Part shown: piece by piece, positions 25,023 through 37,800 of the stretch | How positions within the stretch are numbered: the stretch's first letter is position 1 | Layout: every line of letters starts with the position of its first letter | IMG/VR virus record: IMGVR_UViG_3300030329_003201 | Span: 1-64,000 of that record | Direction: 5' to 3' (one strand) | DNA from: a virus | Length of the DNA: 64,000 nt | Position numbers and translations under genes: made by a program | The notes under the pieces: generated by a model | Told to the model about the DNA's origin: nothing | Database searches by the model: none | The model's input: the letters and a program-made list of their open reading frames with translations, nothing else

Positions 25023-25808
25023 CTACGCTGTACGCTTTGAAATCACGCGAACATAGTCAATGTCTAACGAATGGGCACGCTCAGTTCCGCCAGCGTTTGT
25101 GCGAGCAAAAAGGATAAATGGCTCAAGATAATCCGTTGCTGCCATCTGGTCGGCATCAAACGTATTTCCATTGTTTGCAAGAACACCATCAACATAGAAA
25201 AGAATGTTGCTCAAATCCGTCATGTCAATCTTGAGTGTGTGCCAACTACCAGCAGTAAAGTCAATACCGCTGTCAACATCGTCATTGTCAGTAGTGGCGT
25301 CATCACTTTCAAGGAAAATGCTGTTGGTGGCCTGTGCGCCTCCGCCCAAGCGGAACCCGACATTGTCGGCAAATCCATCCACAGCGCCTGCGCTCGTACT
25401 AACAGCAGATCCAGCCGTGACCAAACCAACCCAAACCTCGTAAACGCTATCTGTGGAAAAAACAGAGTCAGTACTGAGGTTCACTCGTACACGAGCTTCA
25501 AAGATGGGCTCTTGGGTTGGCGAGATGGCGTTTGTTCCACCGAGGCTTAAAAGCATCGCTTCGGCAGCGTTGTCGGTGCTATGAAGCAGCCGAAGAACGC
25601 CGTCTGGTGCGTCAATAAAGTCACCAGTTGCAGATGTGCTTCCCGCTTCGGTAATCACCCAAGGAAGAACAGCGGTTTCTCCAACATCTTGGATAAAGTC
25701 GGAAAACAACTCAACGTAGGTGCCAGCACTGCGCGAAACCCACTGGTAATCGCTAACAGCATCATGTTGAAGGCGTCGTCCGCCCGTAAGTTGTGGGAGT
25801 AGGGACAT
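25023..25808 (-). CDS. concanavalin/laminin-G-like putative virion protein
   Basis: FEARV, WHTLKID, FYVDGV, IDYVRV pattern. Confidence 0.65.
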   Translation of the reverse strand: MSLLPQLTGGRRLQHDAVSDYQWVSRSAGTYVELFSDFIQDVGETAVLPWVITEAGSTSATGDFIDAPDGVLRLLHSTDNAAEAMLLSLGGTNAISPTQEPIFEARVRVNLSTDSVFSTDSVYEVWVGLVTAGSAVSTSAGAVDGFADNVGFRLGGGAQATNSIFLESDDATTDNDDVDSGIDFTAGSWHTLKIDMTDLSNILFYVDGVLANNGNTFDADQMAATDYLEPFILFARTNAGGTERAHSLDIDYVRVISKRTA

Positions 25809-25881
25809 TTGTTTTCTCCTTACGAGAATGTTTTGGTGGAAATCTGATGAATGCTAACACGATAAACGCAATACGGGAACG

Positions 25882-28800
25882 CTATCGTTCGCGAGGAGGT
25901 TTAATTTCCTTCGCCCTTTGTTTCTCTTCCCATAATAATCGCTCTGTCAACTCTACTTCTTTGGCTTCTGGCGTCTTGACCAGTCTAGGTCTAAAGAATA
26001 CGCCTAGCCGCTCTCCTTCCAAGCCGATCTCAGGGCGCGGACCAACACCTCGTGTCCAATACGAAGAGTCCTCTATTTTGTCGTAAAGGTTCTTGTCTGG
26101 TGTTGTTGGCCCAAACAAGTCTTCTTCTATGTACCCATGGTGCTCTCTGTACTCACGCATCTTGTTGGCGAGATAAAGAACAGTTTCGACATATCCTACG
26201 TCAGCCCTGTCGAACTGAACCCATGAATCCGCACTTCGACCGGATGGAATAATGCCAAAGCGTCTCTCTTTGATGGCGCTTGGTATTTGCGGAATGGAGC
26301 GAATAATCAAGCTTGGCACCGTTTGGTCCAAAGCTTGTCCAATTTTTGGGATTTTACTAACCCAGGTTTCTCCAGGTATATCGATTACTGGAACTGGCAT
26401 TTGTAGCGCATTTTTCCACAACCAGTAGTTTCTTGGATTCTGAGCAACCCAAACCTCAGTTTGCGACGGATATTCTTTCTTCAACTCATTAGTGATTGGA
26501 ACAGGGGTGGCGTCAAGAAAGTCTAGGACGAACAATCCGCCAGTCATATATATATCCAATTCAACAATGCTGGTTGGAATCACGTCTCCAGCGAGCCCTC
26601 GTGTCCTGAAGATTTCCTCGTCAAACATGTATACCAAGGGCTGCTGAAGAAGCGGATTCAGACGAGCCAGGAAACGAAGACCGTTCTCTCTTTCTTCTTT
26701 TGACGCATTGCGATTAAATCCGCCGCTAATAAACGCACCAATCTCTCTGTGTAGATTGATTGCATCCATAAGAGGAACCGGCGCTGCCAAAAATCTTACG
26801 CCTTGGTAAATGCTTTTATTTGCGTGTGCATTCCTAAACAGGACGCTCAGCCTCTGAGAGGTGTAGTCGTCCTCCATGAGGATGCTGCTTCCTTCAGTGT
26901 TCTGCTGGTTCAACCCTCGCATCATCCGAATCTGGGCCATAAGCCTATGTGGATTTGTTACTAAGGTGTCGTAGAAGAGGTTGAGGTTGTTCCTTGTGTA
27001 GGAGTAGAACAGGAATCCTCTTCGCAAAACCTGCTTTTCCCAATCGGTCAACTTCGAATAGTCATACATGGCGTCGGTAGCTGTTTTTGCTGCCTCTGCC
27101 ATTGACCTCCCGTTGTAAAGCTCATCAACAAAGACGCCCGACCTAAAGTAGTTATCAATCGAAGTAGCTGTTTCGACGAGTAACCGCTGTGCTTGGCCTG
27201 GAGCTTCAGCCACAATCTTGTGCCACGCAGCTTCGTTTTTCTCCAAGTCACGAAGCATGTGTGATGCGTTTCCGCTTTTTACAAAAGAGGTGTTTAGCTT
27301 ATAAAGCTTCATTGCATCAAGAAGCATTTCAGTAGTGAAAATGCGACCGTCTTTGCAAACCAAAGCTCTTGCGGAAGAAACGCTGTTAATGTTTGGCCCA
27401 TCACCCCAAAGTCTGGCCGATAAAATTCCCGACAGGCGAGGATGGGCAAGCGCCCCTATAAGACCGCCTTCAATACGCACACCATCTGCGCCAACTTTCA
27501 AACCAAGACCAGATTTTTGGTAGATCTGAAACAGCGAACCAACCGTAATGCCCTGGTAATAATGAACGTTTGGCTGACCAATACCAACCGTTACACCCTG
27601 ACGAAGCATTGAATAGGTGAACCCATAGAGCCTAAGCGTGTAATCAAGCGTGTCCGCAATCAGAATCTTTGCGGCAACGCCTGGCTTTAGTCTTAATTCG
27701 GGGTCTAAGGCTTCATCGCCAAATAGGAATTCTCTTCCAAGCTCTGTCGCAACGTCTTCACCGCGCTTTCCTCGTTTTTCAAAAGCCTCAGCCACCCTAC
27801 CTTTTGCGCCTTTACCAAAAGCCCCCTGTCCGCTTACTCTGTCTATAGCAGCATTTAGTTCATCAAGAACCATTGGAGGAACAAGAGTGCGTGATCCATC
27901 TGGCGCAACCCAATCGACCCAGTCTTCTGTGGCAGATCCGAACTTGAATCCCCAAGCATTTAAGATTTCATGCGCCGCTGTGTAGGCAGCCATGTCATGG
28001 ATGGTATGCGTCTGCTGTGCGCCTTCGGGTGCTTTTAAATCTAGATACGGTATCCGACGTGTATCATCGTCCCAATCCTGACGTGGATAGATTGGATCTC
28101 CATCAGCCGCAGCGCCTGGTTCTGCTGGCCTAACAACCTCATCAATGTCTCCGCGCCGCCCTTCTCTAAATCCAGACGGAGCTTGAATAATGTTTCCTTC
28201 TGCGTCACGAACAATCGCGGCACCGCCTGGACGAAGCTCCATATTTATGTAGTGCTTTACGCGCTCCATAAATCGCGTTGCGTCTTTACCGTTTGCATAT
28301 TGTGAAACAAGATCGTCTGTTCTTGCCGTAATCCCGATTTCTACCAACTTATCAACGAACTTGGCTTGGATTTCTCTGGCCCTCATGCGAACAATCAGTT
28401 GAATCGCGGCATGTCGTGCATCATATGCAGGAAGCACATCTGGTCGCGTTCCAGTCTCAAGACCGTGCTTCTGAGCCCACTCAAAGAGATCCGGCCAATC
28501 ATTACCGTAAAAACTGGAATACAATCGAGACTTCGTCGCGTCATCCATGACAGAGAGCGCTGCTTTTGCTTGAGCGGCGCTACCCGAAATACACTCAACA
28601 ATATCGGTCACTCGTTGATCTAATAGATTGTACCTGTCGTGAAGTCCACGCTCAATAATATCGATACTGTCTCGCAGACCATTGACCTGATGCTTTGAAA
28701 GTTCGACAACATCTTGCTGAATGGCGTCGTCGATTAGATCACGCAAGGCAATAATCGCGGCTCGCTCGCCATCTGTCATTCTTCCGCTTGCAGCAAACAG

Positions 28801-31800
28801 TCCGGTTATTGCATCAAGCTTTGACTCTAACTTTTGAAGCGTAATCGGGTCTGATCCCACTTTTGAGAAGCTGTCCTTAAGCCTCCATACTTGATCTGCA
28901 TTCCGCACATCAAGAGGCGGTGTGAGCATTCTGGTAAGAGACTGGACTACTTCTAAAATACTTCCCTTGCTTCCTTCCTTTTGGAGCCTAAGCTGAACCC
29001 TCATTAACCAGTGAGGAATGTCGTCAATCTCCTGGTCCATTAGCTTTTTAGCTTCTACAAGCTCTGGAGTGACGTAGCCGGTTCGGCTCCAGTATCGTTT
29101 AGAACTGTCACCTTCCAGAACTCCAGCAACCTCAAAGGGTTCAAACACCTTGAACCTTTTCCGAAACCCGGAAATCATTGCCCCTAAAAACGGGACTTCC
29201 TCACCAGCGTCAACGATTGTTGCCCAAGTGCGTTTTACAAGGTTTGGAGAAACGCTTTCTGTAAGCCTGCTCCGTGTTGACCCTACGCCTGCTTCCATGT
29301 CTGTTATAGACTCATGAAGCTTATTGTATTCTACTACAGATATTACAGAAAAATCTGCGTCTGCTTCAAACATCCACTTGGGTACAGTATCCCTCGCTAA
29401 CGGGTGAGCACCAAGCTCTTGAACAAGAACCCTTACCCTGCTTTGTTGTTGACGGTTCAGATCGAAAACAGGTATTTCTACTGGTCTTCCAGTAGCATCA
29501 TCAAACACAGTCTCTGTCCGAATCTTTCCGGTTTCTGGATCACGAAGCCAACTTCCAACTTCATCGCTCATGCGTTGTTGAAGCTTCATTACTCTCTTTG
29601 AATCTGCTAATCTCTGCGGATTACCGAACACTGAGAGCATTTTGTTTGCAACTCGTTCTCGAATCCTTTCAGCACGAATCACAGGAACAATTGTTCTTGT
29701 GGTAAGCCTGACGACTTTTTCTGCACCCCATTTCTTTCGTGCCGCTTCTGCATAAACATGACGAACAGCAAGGCCGACAACGTCCACTGCATTTACTTCT
29801 GTCGTGTCATCGCTAATATTTAGAATCCGTTGAAGCTGGCTTCTTCTTGCCTCAATGCGAGCAGCCTCTCTTCGTTTACCCGCCTGAGCAACTTCTCCGC
29901 CAAGTCCTCGTTTGGTTGTAAGCCTAACTGTGTAGAAATTCTTTAGTTCTCTATCATTCAGAACATCTGCCTTAGCTCTTTCGGAAATATCAATTCCGAC
30001 ATCAAGCTGTTCATCAAAGAACGCAACGGCTTCTGGGCTCAGTTCATCAACCCTATCTGCGCGGATCATCCTCCACATTCTGTGAAGTGCGTAAATGATT
30101 TTTCTGAAGAAGTTGTGTGTTGGCCCATCTTGGGCGTGCTTTGTACTGAAATAGTAGGCAAACGAAGACCCAAGCTCATCCCAGCCTTTGGTGGTCAAGC
30201 GACGTGTACCGTCTGGAAGAACCTCGCTATCAAAGTTTCGGTACATAAACTCTGCAACATCATCAAACTCATCCACCATGAGGCTAGCAAGCATCTTGCC
30301 GCTTTCAGCAAACAGGTGCCTTACATCACCAGTCTCGAAGAACGATTTAGTATGAAGGGCAGCGGCATCAAAGTCGTCAGGTGAGAAATCACGCAGCGGC
30401 TTGAATGGGCTTGAAGGAGGCCCATACATCACACGACCTCGTGACTTAAACGCCCTACCAGCACTTCCTGGCTTTGAAACATCATCCGAATCAACGATGG
30501 TTTTCGGATACACGCCTCTAGATGCAGGACCAATAGACGCAGATGCGGTGCGTCCGTTTCCTGCCAATTCATCACGGGCTTGCGCTTGTTTCAACCAAGG
30601 GTTCGCATCAAGCACTGAGTCCAAAGCAGCGTCAAATGCAAGCGTTCTCATGTTTGGCAAGAATGACGCGCCAGGATGGCTGAACGCATCGGAAGCAAAC
30701 TGACCCTCCAACGTGTCAGCCATTCGCTCAGTTTGCGCCATTGCTGGCTTATGAAGCTCAGTCGAAACATCGCCAACGAGTCTACGATAGTTCGAATCCA
30801 GTCTGGCAATGTTGGACATCCGCCCACTTTCGATGCTCCTAATAAGGAGATTCAGCATCGAGTCGTTACGCCCAAACGTTTTAATCCAACCCTCAATGGT
30901 TTTGTGGGCTTCTAATGTTTTATTTAGTGATTCTAGCCTTTTAGGATTATTATTGTACCTAGACTTGACCTTGTTGATTTGCTTCTGAACAAGGCTTGAA
31001 TCAATGCGGCGAGCATTACCCATCGCGTTTCTTACTTCACTTGGGAACAAGTCCACCAGTTCAGGCATCGCTGCAAAAGCATTTGCGCGTTCAACCAAGT
31101 AGGGCCTTGTCTCAGGATCCGACATCCAAGAATCAAATTCAACATCAGCCCTTTGCTGAAAAATACTTGTCCGCCGTCTTTCGACTGCTTTTTTAAAGAC
31201 ATGATCGAAACCAGCGCGATCTATTTCTCCTGCCTCGAATCTAGATCGGAGATCGGAGAACTGCTTTGTCTGCATTACATCGAAGACAATCCGGTTGTAA
31301 TCAGCCTTTGCGTTGACATGTTTCCACTCGAAAAACCACTGAAGAGCGTCTTCGTGGCCTGGTTTTCCAACACCGTAGAAGTCATCGATTTTCTTTCCAG
31401 TAATGACCGGGGCGTCCGGCGCAAGCCCTCTTGTTAGGGCAACAAACCTATCTGAAAAATCCAACCAAGTTTCATTGGGGTGGCGTTCAAACCAAGAGTA
31501 CTTCTTGTTCCCTTTTACAACATCATTAAAATCACTCGTCATTAGAGTGAGCGTCTTCATGACTGAGTTGTCTGCTGTCATGCCAATAGAGTCAGAAGAC
31601 TCCGCCAGATGTTGAGCAAGCGCTATAGGGGAAGGAGTGACAGCAATCGCATCTACGCGAATCCTTTCCGTCCTAACGTTTTCAAGATCAGACAACAGCC
31701 TTTGTCGAAGCTCCGGTGATTCCACGACTTCCAGCATGTCTACAAGCTCTGACTCGCGAAGAAGCAACCACTTTCTGTTATCAAGAATCCTACCCGCTCC

Positions 31801-34800
31801 GACTTGAGACATTTCGATTGTATCGATGTCGATGATTGGCGCACTTGGCTTTTGCCAATCACGAGCCTTGATCGTATCGAGCAACTCGGGTGCCACGTTG
31901 AGACTAACCAAAGCACCACGATAAGGGTTCTTGAACCTTTCTGTGGCCTGAGCGTAGAATCTCATAATGTACAAAATTTCATTTCTTGTAAGATTAGAGC
32001 CTTTGTTTGAAAGAGCGGTCATATACCTGTCGCCCATTTCATACAATTCTCTAATCGACCGTGGCTGCGTTACAGCCGTAAACACCTGATTTTCAAACAC
32101 TCTTGATGTTGGATCAAGCAGGCTGTGCATTGAACGAGAAGCCAATGCTGTAAGGTACAAATCAAGACGCTGCTGGTATTCCAACCGCTTAGAAGGAATA
32201 AGATTTCCTTCACCATCAAAATACTCAGCAGGATTCGGCCTCAAAGAGTCAACATCAGCGCTCTTCTGCTTCTTGTCGTACAATCCGCCAATGATTGAAT
32301 CGTACTCATCAATGTACTTGTTGATGATCTCTTGAGGGTTTGTAATGTCTGACCAAGAAATATTCCTTGTTTGACCATCAACGGTAATCTCTACGTCTGG
32401 AAGAGATGGCTCTGGAAGCCTTGCATAGTTCAACTCTACAGGACGCATTGATAGATACGTCAGATCGTGAAAAGAGAATGCACCATCTAAGCCGCCAGGA
32501 ATAAGAGCAGGCTTTAGGTCTTTCGTCATCGGAACAACGTCAATCGTTAGACTCACTGGCTGATCAACACCATCAACCTTCGCTTTTACTTTGATTGATC
32601 TTGAAACATCGACAAGCTCAGATGCTGTTCCAAGCGACTCCCGAATCCTATTGACCTGATGAGCCGAAAGCTGAGACAGTGAAACTTGTGCGGAAAGACC
32701 TTTGTTGATGTAGTCGTCAACAGTTTGGTGTGGCGTTCCGCCAGCGACCTCTTCAGCCTGATCCATTTGGTCTAAAAGCTGTTCTGCAAACCGCTTAGGG
32801 CCAACAAGCCTGCGAGCATCTAACGCCTGCCTATCAGGCTGTGAAAGCGGCTCAGGACGAGTAGGCGCTGGCGGGCCGTACATCATGCGGCGATCAGTTG
32901 GAGCCCATGTTCCCTTGTTGTTTACGCTCTTTGCTTGAGCAGGCTCAAACACCATGTAGTGAGTATCGTCTTTAGGGAGCCTCTGTCCTGGCGTCCACTG
33001 CCTTGTTTGCGGGTCATACCTTTCTGCAAAGAACAAATGAGCGTTTGCAATGATGCCATCATAGCCCATCTGTTCGACTACCTGCCGAGCAAACTCATTC
33101 TGGTAACGATTCCCCTCTGGACCCCAACTATTGAAGCGCTTGTTTACCATTCTATCCCAAAATTCCCACGCCTCGATTTGGGTCACGCCGTTTTTAGTTT
33201 TCCTGCCATCTAAGATGAACTTTTTTGTTCGTTCAAGCTCGTCTACAACAACGCCTTCTTTCTCAAGGCGAGCAGCAACTACATCAATGGCATCCATAAG
33301 AGATTCGCCAGTACCATCATCAGCCCACCTAAATGAATGTGCAGCATCTTTCATCTTGCCGTACTGATCTAAAATCAGTGGGTTTTTTAAGCTTAAGTAC
33401 ACAGGGTATGCCTGCATCGCACCATCGGTTTCAAACTCAACCTTTGCAATGAAATCGACAATAAGATCTCGGTATACCTTCCTGACACCTGATGCGTCTC
33501 CATCATCAATAGCTTTGGCGAGCCGAGATTGTTGAGCATCGGTCAGCTTAGAAACATCGCCGGAATTGATAAAGTCTTTTGCTGCATTGATAATGTCAGC
33601 ATCGGTGAAGCCATCAAACTCAACCCTCAGGTTTGACTTGTGCTCATTGAATGCCTTGAACCACTCTGTTCCTTTCTCCATAAATCTTGGGTCTAAGGAA
33701 GAAAACGCATAGTGTTGTGTGAGGTCGTAAATCGAGTCTGTAAAATAAATAGAAGAGCCAAAATACCCTTCTACATTTCCAGGCTGAAACTCCTCAAAGC
33801 TAAAGGGGCTACCGTGGAACACCCGAAGAGGCTTTCCTTGATCGTCTACTACCTTGGAATCCTTGAACCAGGACTTGAACTCCGCAGATGAAGTCGGTGG
33901 TGCTACTGTGCGATCTGGAAGAGGAGCAGGAGGACCATACATCTCCCTCCCTCTCGACCGAACGGGCTCTGTAGATGAGCCTGACATTTTGGCTATGTCA
34001 GCGTCATCAACCATAAACGTTTGCGGATACCTTCCGGCTTCTACGATTGTACGAACCCTGTACCTGTAGCCTTCATCAAACTTTGAAGAACCAGGCAGGA
34101 ACACATTGGCGACATAACCATCAACAACAGACTCTACTTTTTCGCCATCAACGATTGAGGTCACGACATAATTGACCCGATCACCAATATTAAAGTCGGG
34201 CTCGTCAAGCTCCGCACGCTTTGCGTCGTAGCCTCGTATTAGGCTTTCATACTCCTCAATGTATGCTGATTTCCAGTCATCACCCCTTGCGTTGGCATCA
34301 GCACTAAACCTATACCCACCGCCCTCTGGACGGTCATACCCAGTAACGGCGTCCCAGGTTTCTTCAAACGGAGTGAACACAGCGTGCTTTGATTTTTCGC
34401 TGCCGAGAACATAGTCCGATCTAGCAGCCAATCTGGCGTGTCGGTCGATTACGTCAGCATCAGCATCGGGGCGGTATTTAGTCTTCTCAAGCTTTGGAAG
34501 AGCGTCAACCTGGCGCTGGCGGACCCCTTCAAAACTGGGCTCAGTCTCTCTCGCGCCAAACGGAGCGTCATCAACTCTGACAGGCGCTTCTAAGTCTTCT
34601 GCAAACTTACCGGGCAACTCATCATCAAGGCGACGAAGCTCTTCAATAACATCGTCAATCGGTCGCGCGAGATTATCTAAATGATCTGGGCCAACGTCCA
34701 ATGCGTTCCAGCTTTGAAGTCTTCTTCTATTTATTTCAGAAGCATCAGAAAGCTCCGAAGCCTTTCCTTCAAAAAGACGCTCAATATGATGTCGGAACAT

Positions 34801-37800
34801 CGGATGAAAGTCTTCAAATGCGCGAGGATTCTTTCGGTTCATCGCCCGGAAAAGCTTTTTCAAACGAAGAATAAGTCGATTGAAAATCTTTCTTACTGAA
34901 GGGGCAAAATCACTTCTGCTAATGACTTCAGGCATCTTGTTGTAAACAACATACTCAGCAAACTTCTCAGCGTACCACTCGTAAAAACCTACGTTTTTAC
35001 CTTGGTTTTCAAGATTCCATCTTGTGTACGATGTTTCTTCGACCAGCCCAGTACGCTTGAGTTCATCAAAATACACACGCCTAAGATTCGCCACCTCAGT
35101 GTCCGAAAGAAACGAAGTCATAATCGCGTGCCCCATTTCATGGGCAAACGTATACGTCATAAGATCAGTAGTTTGGAGAGCTTCAGCGTGGGCGTCTATT
35201 CGGTTTGCGACCCACCCTTCCGCAGCTTCTACTGGCGCAAGGCCTTCCGCAGCGTCATCAATGAAATCTACAACAAATCCTTTGATGCTGGCGTCAATAT
35301 TTGTGCCGCCGCGCAATGCGTCTCGGTTTTTAATTAGGGCTTCAACAAACTTCTTTTCCCTCAGGTTTACGCCATCCTCAAGCATGCTGTGCGCCATTTT
35401 CCGAACAAGCTGAGGGAAGGTCACGCCTTCTAATACCGAGATGTCACCGTCATTAAGTCTATTGATAAGCTCTTCAAATGTAAGCGCTCGAAGCTTCTCA
35501 TTCTCAAGAAGTCGCATTGGATCCAATGATCCTGCGATTCTTCCTTCCTGGTCGAAAAGCATCATCAGTGAATACACGCGATCACCAGGAAACTTTTTGT
35601 CGATGCCCTCTAAGGTTACAACCTTGGAACCACCGAACGAACCCTCCGGCCCTTCGATTCCCCTGTGTGATGTATCAATCCAGTCATCAAGCTTGATGTC
35701 TCTCAGAACACGAGAAGGAAGCGAGTGAACCATTGCGTACAAGAAGACATACACATCTTCTGGCAGACCTGCTTCCCGAAGATCATCAAGCTTGCTCAGG
35801 AGCGCTTGCTTGCCGAATCCAGGGGTTACTTCAGGAGAAGTTGACTTTGTAGTCCGTTTTATTTCGGCTTGTGCTTTGGCAATATTATCGCGCAAAGTCT
35901 TGATTTTCTTAGTAAAACCAGACTCAGCCTTCATTGTTGAAGTGTATTTAGTGAGCGCGGCACGAATCTTACTGACTGCCGCATCGTCATTATCTGCAAT
36001 CGCCTTGATAAGACGCCTTAGAAGCACAGTGGAGACTATTTGATGCGCTACCTTCGGGTCTGCGATTTTAGAGGCAATCATCACAAGCTGGTCTGCTGTT
36101 AGATCCTCAAGAAGCTTGCCCTCTAAATCGATTGAAGCAACCGACCGAATCCCAGCCAGCCTCCAGCCTTCATCGTCGGAAAGCTTCAGTTGGTCTACAA
36201 GCTCATCAGCAACATCAATGTCAATGAAACGAGGGCCACTTATGGGGTCAAACTTCAACCCAAACGCCTTGAGTAGAGAATCTTCTATCTCAATACCCTT
36301 GAGGTCATCACCATACCGAATACCAAACTGCTTTGCTTCAAAGCCAGCAAGCACTTCGAGAGCATCTTCTACGCTTCCGGTCTTGCTAAGTGCTGCAAAA
36401 TACAGTCTTTCAACCAGCTTCATCTGCACTTTGATAGCGTCAAGCCCTTCATCAGCACCCTTGAGTGTGCCTTTTTCGGCCATGTCTTCCAATCGAGTCT
36501 GGATTCTTTTGTACACTTCAGACTCCTGAAGCTTATCCAACCCTTCGAAATACTTAGATGCATGCAGCCCAAGACGGGAAACAAATGTGCGTCCGCGCTT
36601 TTCAGCCGTTGCGTGAATGATTCTGCGAACGGTTTCAACGGGAAGCCCCACAACCTCAAGCGAATCATAAATCTCTTTCCAATGCGATTTAGGAAGACCA
36701 TGAAAAGGATTTCTGCCCTTTGCAATATTGTCTTCGTAGACTCTTAGAGCCATTTCTCCCCAGGTCGCTGCCACTCCTGGGAATGGGGCATTGATGTCTT
36801 TCGGTCTTCCAAACCGTAAGCTTCCTTCATCGCCTTCAATCCCACGCGCCCTTCGAACATCTCCCCTGGCTTGTCGGGGTGAATAGTTAGACGACTGTCT
36901 GAACTCCCGCTCCAAGCTTCTTCTGGTCGTTCTCCACAGACGGTTGACTTCACTCTGGCTCAAATCATCAACAGTCATTACTGGGGTCGGGCCGCCAATC
37001 TTTGCTGTTTGAGCGTCCATCTTTTCAGCAAGAAGCGCATTTGCGTTTGCGTCGAAGATCTCCTGCGCCCTGGCTTGCCTTTGCGCTGGTGTCACCTGGG
37101 GAGCCACGTCGTTCCAAGCCCACTTAGGGGACCAGGCATACCTCGCGTGAGTACCAAAACTAGCGCCCGGCATCCGCCTAGCGGAGGCGGCATACCTAAA
37201 CGGAGACGCGCCTACACGGAACCCACCTTTTATCATTCCCGTTTCCCAAGGAATAAAAATGTCACCAGCAAAGCCTATGCCGCGCAGTGATTGGACAAAC
37301 TTACCGTCAGGATCAGCGCCTAATCCAACACCCCATTGAGCCAAGGCTCCTTGCAAGCCCCAGTCTTCCGCCTCTGGGTGCAACTTGTACAGATACTCAT
37401 CCGTAAACGCGGCAGGCCGACCTGGCCTGTCATACGCTCCTAAAGTGATTACTTCACCAAGAGGATCCAGCCCGTACCTTTGAATTGCTGTGGCTCCAAA
37501 CTCTGCCACTGCACCAAATATTCTCATACGGTATATAAGCTCAGATTCTTGATGCCAGAAAACAGGGTTCCCTTCTTGATCAACATCAAATCTTTTGTCC
37601 ACAAAAAGATCAGTCCCTATCCCTGCTGCCGTAGACCTACCGTGACCAAAGAGTCTTGTGTGTGCTCCTCGCCAGGCATTGACCGACATGGTGATTTTTT
37701 CATTCGTCCTGTCAACCCTTTCGAGAAGCGGCGCTGGAAGATACCCAAGCGGGGCCTTGTTCAGCACGTCAAATAATCCCCTAAGTCTTGGGATTTCATG

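Noticed and set aside
32656-32680. CTGATGAGCCGAAAGC hammerhead-like string
   Set aside because: Antisense to coding sequence, with no GAAA after stem II and no flanking stems.
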